Part shown: piece after piece, positions 30,807-39,651 of the stretch | Position numbering within the stretch: the first letter of the stretch is position 1 | How the letters are laid out: every line of letters starts with the position of its first letter | Virus record (IMG/VR): IMGVR_UViG_3300021963_000047 | Location: 32,001 to 96,000 of that record | From: a virus | Direction: 5' to 3' (one strand) | DNA length: 64,000 nucleotides | The notes under the pieces: model-generated | The model's input: the letters and a program-made list of their open reading frames with translations, nothing else | Told to the model about the DNA's origin: nothing | Databases searched by the model: none | Position numbers and translations under genes: made by a program

Positions 30807-31330
30807 TTGTTTCCTGGCCCTTCACCCCTGACTGAATATTGTATTTTTGATATTAACCAATCATATGATTTTTCATCAGAAACATCTATATCTACCGCAT
30901 AATGTACTGTAGAATCTCTAAAACAAAAACTGTAATGACATAAATTTGAATTTATTATCATCCATTGGTTTTGTCTAAAGTGTTGAATCTTTCCGTCAAT
31001 AATATATGTACAATCTTCTGGATGTGTAAAATTTGGATGACAATTCAATCTAATATATTTTCTTTGATATTTCTCAAGTATTAAATCCCTGTGTGGTAAA
31101 AAGAAACTACCACGATTTAATTCTATCCTGACCGGTTTGTTAGTTATAACATACTCAGGAATATTCCATGTTTCTGGTGGTCTTTTATAATGCCAAACAA
31201 GCTTATTACCTATCTGATTTTCATACTTTTTTTGTTCTACAAGATCAGAATGTATCATTTCGTGTGGAGCATACAGATCTAATCCTATAACATTTCCATA
31301 TAATGAAAATATCTCAGTTGTAGAAAGCAT
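30803..31330 (-). CDS. Asp/Asn beta-hydroxylase-like 2OG oxygenase
   Basis: GSFFLPHRD...IRL...NSNLCHYSF. Confidence 0.62.
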   Translation of the reverse strand: MLSTTEIFSLYGNVIGLDLYAPHEMIHSDLVEQKKYENQIGNKLVWHYKRPPETWNIPEYVITNKPVRIELNRGSFFLPHRDLILEKYQRKYIRLNCHPNFTHPEDCTYIIDGKIQHFRQNQWMIINSNLCHYSFCFRDSTVHYAVDIDVSDEKSYDWLISKIQYSVRGEGPGNK

Positions 31331-31912
31331 TTAGTATTCCTTACAATTTGGTAATAAGTTAGATATAGCTTTCATATTCTTTTCTGTAATATAGACACTC
31401 ATTAAAACATGATAGATATCATCTGTAAAAGAAAATGATCCATGTACTTTTCTAGTATTAAGGATATAAGGAACTCCAGCTTTAAATTTTACCAATTTAT
31501 CATCATAGATAAAGCACCATTCGTGTGTTTCAACTTTATTTAGAGGTATAAAAATTCTAAATTGTGGGTTTAATCCATACGCATCTCTATGCATCTTAAA
31601 ATAAGAACCAGTATCTATCTTAACTGCCCGACATCTAGCTAAGTTTTCCCACTTATCAAAAAACTTTTTGATACTAGGACAATCTAATAAATTTTGATTG
31701 TATGATTGATCTTGTTCATGCTTATTTTTATTTTCTAAACCAAGATCATCAATCGGTCCAGTAAGATTGATGGCACTTTTACCATGCGTAGCAGGTATCC
31801 ATGTATTTAAAGCTTGTAATTCTTCTATAGTATTATTATCAAACTTATAATCAAGTTCAATTATATCACCGTAAGCACTTAGTACACTTAACATACTTAA
31901 TACTTCTGTCAT
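31331..31912 (-). CDS. Asp/Asn beta-hydroxylase-like 2OG oxygenase
   Basis: RCRAVKIDTGSYFKMHRD...RIFIPLN...GVPYILNTRKVHGSF. Confidence 0.72.
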   Translation of the reverse strand: MTEVLSMLSVLSAYGDIIELDYKFDNNTIEELQALNTWIPATHGKSAINLTGPIDDLGLENKNKHEQDQSYNQNLLDCPSIKKFFDKWENLARCRAVKIDTGSYFKMHRDAYGLNPQFRIFIPLNKVETHEWCFIYDDKLVKFKAGVPYILNTRKVHGSFSFTDDIYHVLMSVYITEKNMKAISNLLPNCKEY

Positions 31913-32130
31913 AATAAATCCTTTTTATGATGCTTAAATCTCTTGATCTCATTATAGATCTTCACGACAGTTTTAGGACCATCTGAGATGTACCAACATG
32001 GAAATATTCCGTGAATATAAGATTTTAATGCAGCTTTAATAAGCCTATTACTTTGCATAAAAGAATGTTTTAAATGTTTCCAATAAGACCAGCCGGTGTC
32101 TTTTAAGTGTTGTTTTGATTCTTCAATCAT
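31909..32130 (-). CDS. Small His-containing conserved protein (DUF6356-like)
   Basis: HL...G.SY.KH......IHGIFP pattern, coupled within the operon. Confidence 0.55.
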   Translation of the reverse strand: MIEESKQHLKDTGWSYWKHLKHSFMQSNRLIKAALKSYIHGIFPCWYISDGPKTVVKIYNEIKRFKHHKKDLL

Positions 32131-32971
32131 TGCTCTTTATAGCTTTTAAATTTTTGTAATATCTAAGTTTTGATTTATAACCTTCAGGACCATGTCGTTC
32201 TAATACATTTTCATAGTAATTTTTATTACTATGTTTTTTTGGATTATAAACACCAAGCATTGTCTTTGATATTCTTCTACTCACAGTTTTACTGAAAGAT
32301 TGTTCTTTTCCATTAAGATTATATTCATCTACAAATTCATTGAATGAATCACTATTAATCTCTTTAAATTTTTTTGTTAAAGATAGATCGCCATATAATT
32401 CCATTATATCAAAATACTTATTCATCGGTATATTTTTTTCAGCAAAGAATCTAATTAGATGAGAATTTTCTTCTTTTATTTGTTTCTTCATTCTCTCATC
32501 ATTTTCATACCAATTATATATTGGATAAGTTATATCCCACCCACCAATCACATGCCACCAATCGAAACATACATCATCCGGCAAATATACTGCTATGATT
32601 TTTGCAGCAGGAAATGTTTCTATTAAAAAATCTAGATTGTAAGAAAACCAATGTGACTTAACTACTTTGATTCCATCAAAGTTATCATAGGCACTTCTTA
32701 TTTCGTGAAGTATCTCATCTTTACTGAGTTTATCTATCTTGTCAAATTTATGGCCAAACTGATGGTATGGTCCCCAATAACACCCTTTGTGCCAAGCTAA
32801 TTTTTTAGATTCACCGGTTGTTTCATCATTAAGAATTACCGAAAAAGATCGATCTTCTTTTTCATCTGTTGTGTTTACATCAATATTATAAGATAAAGAT
32901 CTTAAGACAGCAGACCATTTACTGCCGGGTGCGCCTGTAGCAAATATAATATCTTCACCATTATCCATCAT
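32123..32971 (-). CDS. Sulfotransferase/P-loop-fold-like protein (paralogue 1)
   Basis: IFATGAPGSKWS N-terminal loop, VVKSHWF and WW..GGWDITYP. The substrate and the family assignment are uncertain. Confidence 0.5.
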   Translation of the reverse strand: MMDNGEDIIFATGAPGSKWSAVLRSLSYNIDVNTTDEKEDRSFSVILNDETTGESKKLAWHKGCYWGPYHQFGHKFDKIDKLSKDEILHEIRSAYDNFDGIKVVKSHWFSYNLDFLIETFPAAKIIAVYLPDDVCFDWWHVIGGWDITYPIYNWYENDERMKKQIKEENSHLIRFFAEKNIPMNKYFDIMELYGDLSLTKKFKEINSDSFNEFVDEYNLNGKEQSFSKTVSRRISKTMLGVYNPKKHSNKNYYENVLERHGPEGYKSKLRYYKNLKAIKSND

Positions 32972-32987
32972 ACAAATCCCTGAGTTT

Positions 32988-32995
32988 TATAAATA
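32988..32995 (+). promoter_or_regulatory. T4-type late promoter TATAAATA
   Basis: Intergenic exact consensus upstream of the 33034-36270 cassette. Confidence 0.82.
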
Positions 32996-33033
32996 GAATA
33001 AATAATCAAAAATAGGGGAAAGGGAACCTATTC

Positions 33034-33333
33034 ATGGCAGATAAAGCATTTATAGTCAAAAATGGCTTGATCGTTAATACCAATCTTATTTATACTTCTG
33101 GTTCAAATGTTGGTATTATGACTACCAACCCGAATGCAGTTTTAGCTGTTAATGGTACGGCAAACGTCAGTGGAGCAGTTTATTTTGGCAACTCATTGAC
33201 CGTAGCAGCAAATATTACTGTTGGTTCTGTGGGTATAAATACCAGTATGGTTGCTATATCTTCTTCAAACGTCATGACCTATAGCACAACTTTGAAAGTA
33301 TATTACGCAAATAATACACAAGCTTTTCCATAA
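33034..33333 (+). CDS. Small fibre-like structural protein
   Basis: FIVKNGL N-terminus and an SNVGIMTTNP...LAVNG fibre repeat. Confidence 0.65.
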   Translation: MADKAFIVKNGLIVNTNLIYTSGSNVGIMTTNPNAVLAVNGTANVSGAVYFGNSLTVAANITVGSVGINTSMVAISSSNVMTYSTTLKVYYANNTQAFP

Positions 33334-33353
33334 TTTATGTTTAAGGTGCATTA

Positions 33354-34460
33354 ATGGCAAGACCACTTAAAATAGACTCTTCAACATCTCCAGCTTCTAT
33401 TAAAGAGATGACTGATGCAGACTATGATTATACAACACACATAGTATTAACTCAGTTCGCTGCGACAAATACTGGTGTTGGTACTTTATCATCTAATAAT
33501 TCTTTTACATTGATTGGAACATTTTCTGATACATATAGACCGTACACTGTTGGTCAGCATCCTATTGGCACAGATATTACTACGGTAACTTATAATTTTT
33601 ATCAAGATCTTACTACTGCATCAGAATCATTAACAAGACCAATACATTATGATTCAGGAACAAAAGAACAAGATGATACAACTTTAAATACAACTGTTAT
33701 AGCAAATGCACTATCAAATCTAGTGAACTATGGCGTAGGAAGTTATTCACTATCACCGACAACTCCAGTTGGTGGAACTTGGATTGCAGAAAGAACTATT
33801 CAAAATACAACAGCTGCTGCTAACAATGCCACGTATCTTTGGAGAAAAACTTCTGCAACAAGTCCAACAACTGTTAGACCATTAAAACTTAATACAACAT
33901 CACCAGTTTCAGTAAAAGAAATGAGTGATGCAGAAATAGAAACATTAACTTCTAGATTAAGAAACAGAATAGTTGATACCGGTATTGGCAAATATGCAGT
34001 GCAAGCTTCTGCGCCAGTTTCTGGTGGAACATGGGTAACTAGAGGTTCAGCATTTTCTGATACTAGAGAAACAACATCTACTGAATCATATACTGGCACT
34101 TATACTGGTTCATTCTCTGGCACATATTCTGGCGCATATACCGGTACATATACAGGCAATTACACAGGCAATTATACCGGTAGCTATTCACAAGCTTTTA
34201 CTGGTAATTACACTGGGTCATACACTAGATTTTTTGCTGGATTTATAGGTGGTTATTATAGTGGTACGTATACTGGATATTATACAGGAACTTTTACTGG
34301 AACATATGCTGGAACGTATACTGGTAATTATACAGGAAACTATACTGGAAACTATACAGGTTCATTCTCTGGTGGTTATTCAGGTTCATACTCTGGTTTA
34401 ACATTAAATGCAACTACAGAAACCGTTTCTACGGTATCGTTATGGGTGAGGACAGCTTAA
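33354..34460 (+). CDS. Putative structural protein with tetrapeptide x-[YF]-[TS]-G repeats
   Basis: Duplicated RPLK...KEM.DA domains followed by 26 tetrapeptide units. Thr/Ser-rich, like virion proteins. Confidence 0.7.
   Translation: MARPLKIDSSTSPASIKEMTDADYDYTTHIVLTQFAATNTGVGTLSSNNSFTLIGTFSDTYRPYTVGQHPIGTDITTVTYNFYQDLTTASESLTRPIHYDSGTKEQDDTTLNTTVIANALSNLVNYGVGSYSLSPTTPVGGTWIAERTIQNTTAAANNATYLWRKTSATSPTTVRPLKLNTTSPVSVKEMSDAEIETLTSRLRNRIVDTGIGKYAVQASAPVSGGTWVTRGSAFSDTRETTSTESYTGTYTGSFSGTYSGAYTGTYTGNYTGNYTGSYSQAFTGNYTGSYTRFFAGFIGGYYSGTYTGYYTGTFTGTYAGTYTGNYTGNYTGNYTGSFSGGYSGSYSGLTLNATTETVSTVSLWVRTA
34086..34397 (+). repeat. 26 tandem 12-bp degenerate coding repeats (SYTG/TYTG/NYTG...)
   Basis: 312 bp = 26 x 12. 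The periodicity is conserved at the protein level, with synonymous variation in the DNA. Confidence 0.9.
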
Positions 34461-34892
34461 ATGAGAATTATTAAATATCCACGTTGGGGAAATACTGAAA
34501 AAACACACATTATATGTCAATTTCATTATGATGATGGTAGAGTATTAACTGCAAGTGTTACTGATACCGAAGAAGGAAATCCGGATTGGAAAGAAATTCT
34601 GGAAACTTTTACAATAGAAAATATTGATGAAAATACAGAAAGAGATCTTACTCTTCATCGTGAAAGAAAACAACAAAGAGAAGATCAAAAAAGACAAGAA
34701 GAAGAAATAGCAAAACAAAATATATTGTTCTTGGCTAAATCTGAAGCCTTTGATATGCCTATCATACGAGATTCTACTTATACAGAATTAAAATCTAATC
34801 TAAGAAAAGCATCAACTATAATGGAAGTACATTCATATGCTGGCGCTATAGTAGCATTAGAAACATTAAAAGCTACAAATACTTCTGTATAA
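34461..34892 (+). CDS. Hypothetical protein, possible fibre assembly chaperone
   Basis: Starts directly after the repeat gene. PRWGNTEKTHIIC N-terminus and a charged helical C-half. Confidence 0.45.
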   Translation: MRIIKYPRWGNTEKTHIICQFHYDDGRVLTASVTDTEEGNPDWKEILETFTIENIDENTERDLTLHRERKQQREDQKRQEEEIAKQNILFLAKSEAFDMPIIRDSTYTELKSNLRKASTIMEVHSYAGAIVALETLKATNTSV

Positions 34893-34907
34893 TAATTAAA
34901 TTATATT

Positions 34908-35624
34908 ATGAATTCAGGTGTTGTTCTAATAGCTTCTATGTCTACTGCATATTATGATTCAGCAGTAAGATGTGCAGTTTCTATAAAAGACTATTCTCCA
35001 AAAACAAGTATAACTCTTTTTACTCATGAAGAATTCATGAAAGAAAGAGATAAAAAATATTTCGATCATATTAGCTTTGATATTCCATATCATAGAAGAG
35101 CTAAAATGAAAGGAATGTATATGTCTCCTTATGATATTACTGCGTATCTTGATGCAGATATGGAAGTAGTTTCTCCTGAATTTTCATCTATATTTGACCA
35201 TTTCGAAGATAATGAAATTTTGCTAACAAAGATAAGACCGCATGTTAGTAAAGAAATTTTTATAGATAAAAATAAAACTGAAAAGATGGAATATCATGGC
35301 GGTTTCATGCTCTATAAAAAGAATGAAAACACTTTAAATCTTTTAAAAAATTGGTATGAGCAATTCTTAATACAAGATAAATCAGAATGGAACTATCCTG
35401 AATATTTTCCATCTATGAAAAGATGGGATCAGTTTACTTTATGGAGATTATTAAGAGAAAGCGAATACAAATATAAAATCGGCATAATGCCAGAAGACTA
35501 TAGATGGAATTACATTTGGTTATATGATATAAAAGGTGTAGACGGAGATAAGTCACCAATAATTTATCACCATACTATACCAGATAGGATTGTAAATGCA
35601 GGTCATATCAAACATAAATCCTGA
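34908..35624 (+). CDS. GT-A fold glycosyltransferase (GT8/nucleotide-diphospho-sugar transferase-like)
   Basis: SPYDITAYLDAD (DxD), HGGFMLY, WDQFTLW, RWN and IIYHHT. Confidence 0.78.
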   Translation: MNSGVVLIASMSTAYYDSAVRCAVSIKDYSPKTSITLFTHEEFMKERDKKYFDHISFDIPYHRRAKMKGMYMSPYDITAYLDADMEVVSPEFSSIFDHFEDNEILLTKIRPHVSKEIFIDKNKTEKMEYHGGFMLYKKNENTLNLLKNWYEQFLIQDKSEWNYPEYFPSMKRWDQFTLWRLLRESEYKYKIGIMPEDYRWNYIWLYDIKGVDGDKSPIIYHHTIPDRIVNAGHIKHKS

Positions 35625-36270
35625 ATTAAAAAATATTCTTCAGGAATACAGTGATTGGTTTTTCAGCAATGATTATATTAATGAGTTGAAACCTACTGAA
35701 AAAAAAGATGATAGCAAAAAAGGTTTATATGCTACTTCTAATGAATATTTAAAAGAAGCTTTACAAGATCCAAAAAATTTTGGATGGCCTAGACATATGC
35801 TAGGTGCTATCATGGAAAATAACGTAAAGCTGGAAGAATTACAAATAAAAAAATATAGAGCCAAATGCGATGAAATAGATAAGAAACTTATTAATTATTT
35901 TGGAGCAAGAAATAATGCTCTAAGAGCATATTATCCTCCGGGTGGATATATTGGTTGGCATCATAATGCTAACGCACCCGGTTATAATATTGTTATAACT
36001 TGTAATCCAGAAGGTGATGGAGAGTTTGAACATTATGATCATAACACAAATACTATAATGAAGTTTTCTGATAAGAAAGGATGGTTCGTTAAAGTTGGTT
36101 ATTTTGGTTCATTTGAAGAACCTGAAAAAATGTATTGGCATTGTGCAAGAACAAGATCTTCTAGAATAACTTTAAGTTATATAATACCAAATTTTAGTCT
36201 ATGGCAATCAATGATTGATGATATTGGTATTCCGGATACAAATCAAGAAATAGTTTGTAGTACTCTCTAG
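35596..36270 (+). CDS. Cupin/2OG-Fe(II)-like oxygenase with atypical HxN motif
   Basis: YYPPGGYIGWHHNAN...YWHCA....RITLSY. Confidence 0.6.
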   Translation: MQVISNINPELKNILQEYSDWFFSNDYINELKPTEKKDDSKKGLYATSNEYLKEALQDPKNFGWPRHMLGAIMENNVKLEELQIKKYRAKCDEIDKKLINYFGARNNALRAYYPPGGYIGWHHNANAPGYNIVITCNPEGDGEFEHYDHNTNTIMKFSDKKGWFVKVGYFGSFEEPEKMYWHCARTRSSRITLSYIIPNFSLWQSMIDDIGIPDTNQEIVCSTL

Positions 36271-36877
36271 GATAAAACTTTTTCATACTATTTAAAAGAC
36301 ATATTTTCTTTTCAGGCTTATAATATCTAGTCTTTGTTTTTTCTTCACCATAAACTCTTGAATAAAACCAGTCTTGTTGGTAATGATCAAACTCAAAATT
36401 ATTGAAAAGAAAATCATCATCACCAATATTTTTACACATATGATAGTCAGAATTTTCAATAAATCTTTTCCAGATATAAGAATCTCTATCTGTATCTATA
36501 GACATTACACTTGAATTATAAGTATTTTTCCACACTTCTGCTTTTTTCCACCAAGCTTTTATAAGTGTTAGTTTCTTATTATATTCTAATATATCATCTA
36601 TATTATTTTGAATAATAATATCTAGATCAAAATATGTAAAATTACTAAGACTGATAATGTCTTTGTTAAACAAATACATCTTATTCCAATGACCTTGTAA
36701 GTCATTGTGTTTTGGTAGAGATATTATCTCTATACTTCTATTAATATTAAAACAATCTTCAGTTAGGCAATACAATTGAAAGTTTGAAGAAGTTTTTTGT
36801 TTTAACATGTATTCTAACATGTTAACATCTTCTGATGAATATAATTGACCCCACTTTAAACAAACAATATGTTTCAT
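36194..36877 (-). CDS. GT-A fold glycosyltransferase
   Basis: CLKWGQLYS..DVN.L, WNKMYLF, YFDLDIII, YNSSVM and GDDDFL. Confidence 0.78.
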   Translation of the reverse strand: MKHIVCLKWGQLYSSEDVNMLEYMLKQKTSSNFQLYCLTEDCFNINRSIEIISLPKHNDLQGHWNKMYLFNKDIISLSNFTYFDLDIIIQNNIDDILEYNKKLTLIKAWWKKAEVWKNTYNSSVMSIDTDRDSYIWKRFIENSDYHMCKNIGDDDFLFNNFEFDHYQQDWFYSRVYGEEKTKTRYYKPEKKICLLNSMKKFYPREYYKLFLDLYPEYQYHQSLIAID

Positions 36878-37587
36878 ACTTTACCTAATACTGCATACAT
36901 TCTTGTGCCACATATATCATATTTTTTAGAAAATATAATTTCGCTAAAATTACACTGATCAATCAAATCTTGAACACACAAGACTGTATTAACTTTTCTT
37001 TTTTCATCATCATCTTTCTGATTAAAGACTAAAACATATTGATCTTTATTGAAGATTTGAAGGTCTTTTAATATATAAAGGTATTCACTATATGGTATAA
37101 TAATTAAACTGTCTTTTGTTATATCTCTTATATCTTCAAAATTAACATTCTTATTATGATATTCAATAGAAAGATTTTCGAAATGCTCTTTAATAATATG
37201 ATAAGTTGATTTAATCAATGGACTATAATCAATTAAATTGATTTTTTTAATATTATTTTGTTTTTCAACTTGTTTTTCTAAATCATTTAGAAATGTTATT
37301 TCTACCAATCCATTTTCATTACTAAAGATTTTATCACTTTTGTTTAAGTATTTTACTCCAGAATGAACTGTAAATCTTTTGTTAAGAATATTAATGGTAA
37401 AAAACGGTAAACCACTACCAACAAAACTTACAGTTTCATTTTTAATGAAATCAAATTCATTTATTATTTCTTCAAAAATATTAGATTTTTTTTCTTCATA
37501 TTCTGAAATAAATGTTTTTAATCTTGGAATATAAAATTTATTATACTTTTCAATTTGTGTTTTTAAATATGCAACATTAAGCATCAT
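36874..37587 (-). CDS. Degenerate class I SAM-methyltransferase-like protein
   Basis: VSFVGSG loop, INLIDYS and C-terminal RMYAVLGK. The start is moved to the Met at 37587 to reduce overlap. Confidence 0.4.
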   Translation of the reverse strand: MMLNVAYLKTQIEKYNKFYIPRLKTFISEYEEKKSNIFEEIINEFDFIKNETVSFVGSGLPFFTINILNKRFTVHSGVKYLNKSDKIFSNENGLVEITFLNDLEKQVEKQNNIKKINLIDYSPLIKSTYHIIKEHFENLSIEYHNKNVNFEDIRDITKDSLIIIPYSEYLYILKDLQIFNKDQYVLVFNQKDDDEKRKVNTVLCVQDLIDQCNFSEIIFSKKYDICGTRMYAVLGKV

Positions 37588-38299
37588 ATGATTCCCACAT
37601 ATTTTTTGCCCAACCTTCAGCATCATGTAATTCTTTTCCAACACCATGAGAAGTATTAAACAAACAAAAATAATAATTATCTCTTAGTATTTCTGCCTTT
37701 AAATCATTTTTATAATCAGCTCCAAAGTTGTATGCATACACAACATTCTTAGGATGATAATTTAGTTTATCTCTAAATATGCCAAACAAAGATTTATCAA
37801 AGCTTTTAAATAAGAAACGAATCTTATCACTATTATCTACATAAAATTTATATAGATGTTCTAGTTGATCATCTTTCCATGTAACAAAAGAACTGTTTAT
37901 ATCACAAGCTCCTTTATGGAAATATGCATCGCACTGATCTGCATTAGCCCAATAGTTTTTAATAAATCTAGGTTCTTTAAAATTATATGATTTTAAATAT
38001 GCAGTAAAATCTTTTAAGACCAATATGTCTATATCAAACAGAATATTTTGACCTGCACCAATAAAATAAGGATCAAACAATTTTAATTTTTCAATAGTAA
38101 AAACGCTATCAAGATTTTTTATCTTACTAGTATTGTAATCAATAATATTGATACTAGGATCTAGACCGGTGCTATCATCTGTTATGCATGTAAACATGAC
38201 ACTTCCTCTATAGTTTTTAAGTACAGAGTATAATAATCTGTTTACATATTCAGGGCCATACTTTGTGCCCCATTTAAAACAATAAATTTTTAATGTCAT
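37577..38299 (-). CDS. GT-A fold glycosyltransferase (paralogue of 36194-36877)
   Basis: CFKWGTKYGPEYVNRL, FTCITDD, LFDIDILV and INSSFVTW. Confidence 0.8.
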   Translation of the reverse strand: MTLKIYCFKWGTKYGPEYVNRLLYSVLKNYRGSVMFTCITDDSTGLDPSINIIDYNTSKIKNLDSVFTIEKLKLFDPYFIGAGQNILFDIDILVLKDFTAYLKSYNFKEPRFIKNYWANADQCDAYFHKGACDINSSFVTWKDDQLEHLYKFYVDNSDKIRFLFKSFDKSLFGIFRDKLNYHPKNVVYAYNFGADYKNDLKAEILRDNYYFCLFNTSHGVGKELHDAEGWAKNMWESYDA

Positions 38300-39003
38300 T
38301 ATATTTCCATATTATAAAAACATATCTGAGTCCTAAAATCAGGATCTCCTTCACCGTTTGGATTTAATAATTGAATAGCTTTTATATGTTCGCTAACTGG
38401 CTTTTGATCTATATCAATTAATAATTTATCTCTAAATAAAGAATTTGTTGGAGCATGTAATAGATAGCCACAATCATTTATAAATGTTTTAATTTTATTT
38501 TGTTGTTTATTAAATTCTTTTAATATATCTTTATCTGCATACCAAGTATATGATGGATAAGTTATATCAAATCCTCCAGCATTTTTCCACCATTCTACAC
38601 ATTCTTCTACAGGTTGTTTTATTACAAAAATAATTTTACTGGTAGGAAAATTATCAACTAACCAATCAATATTGTATGATAACGAATGGCTTTTAATTAG
38701 ATAATTTCTTTCATCATCTAACTCAGAGAATGCTTTAGCTAATTCATTTTTAAAAGATATTTTATTATAAAAATTTTGTGGGTCTTCAAACCTATATCCA
38801 AACTCCATACCAGTTCCAAAATAAGAACCCTGATGGTTTATTAGATGAGACCAAGATTTACTATTTTCAATATAGTATTGCCTTTCAGGTGAATAATCTG
38901 AAAGATTAAGATTTAATTTTGGTGAATATCCTAATATAGTTGCTATTCTAGACCAAGAAGTTCCTGGAGCACCTATAAAAAATATAAGTTGATCATCTCT
39001 CAT
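38299..39003 (-). CDS. Sulfotransferase/P-loop-fold-like protein (paralogue 2)
   Basis: IFFIGAPGTSWS, H.GSYFG.GMEFG, IKSHSL and WWKNAGGFDITYPSY. Confidence 0.5.
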   Translation of the reverse strand: MRDDQLIFFIGAPGTSWSRIATILGYSPKLNLNLSDYSPERQYYIENSKSWSHLINHQGSYFGTGMEFGYRFEDPQNFYNKISFKNELAKAFSELDDERNYLIKSHSLSYNIDWLVDNFPTSKIIFVIKQPVEECVEWWKNAGGFDITYPSYTWYADKDILKEFNKQQNKIKTFINDCGYLLHAPTNSLFRDKLLIDIDQKPVSEHIKAIQLLNPNGEGDPDFRTQICFYNMEI

Positions 39004-39024
39004 AATATATCAAATCAAAAAATA

Positions 39025-39651
39025 TTAAGGAACTATATAAACTCTTGCCTTTAAAGCTGTATCAGCTTCAGTAGTTCCATTTAAGTATGAATTAATATCA
39101 AAATCATCATTTGTAGAAGCACCAATACTTGAAAAGTATGTGTCAATATAGTTAAGTGTACTATAGACACCTTCACTTATTTGATCTTCTGTTAAAGTTT
39201 CTGTTGGTTCACAATATAGTCTTTTTAATTTAGCTGTAGATTTTCTATCAGTAGAACCAACAAGCGAGTTATATTCATTAATATAGTGTTGTACAACAGT
39301 TGTCATATCTTGTTTTTTAATCAAGAATAGTCTTGAACCAGACGTCATCTGTGTTTTGAATGCTTCAATAAGTCTAGAAGTTGGTGTAAGACGATTGCTC
39401 ATAATTCTTAAACCATAATTAACTTCATTCTTTCCATCTAAACTAAAAAGATTGTTTGTTATAGTGAGAAGCTGACCGGCCTCTATAGAAGTTGTATATA
39501 GCTTGCCACTTATTACGTTTATGTTTTGTAATGGAAAAGAATACAAACTATCTGTCTGGTCTTCAATTATATCCGCGACAGATGGATGTTCCAAGATCGT
39601 ATCTAATTCTTGAAATATAGGATCAAATGTCACAAAAGCATTAATTCTCAT
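39025..39651 (-). CDS. Hypothetical protein
   Basis: 208-aa ORF with a GGAG RBS and its own late-promoter consensus. No recognised motif. Confidence 0.6.
   Translation of the reverse strand: MRINAFVTFDPIFQELDTILEHPSVADIIEDQTDSLYSFPLQNINVISGKLYTTSIEAGQLLTITNNLFSLDGKNEVNYGLRIMSNRLTPTSRLIEAFKTQMTSGSRLFLIKKQDMTTVVQHYINEYNSLVGSTDRKSTAKLKRLYCEPTETLTEDQISEGVYSTLNYIDTYFSSIGASTNDDFDINSYLNGTTEADTALKARVYIVP

Noticed and set aside
34086-34397. Tandem repeats as a CRISPR array or ice-nucleation protein
   Set aside because: They are 12-bp degenerate coding units with no spacers and no cas genes, and they do not match the AGYGST-type 8/16-residue ice-nucleation repeat.
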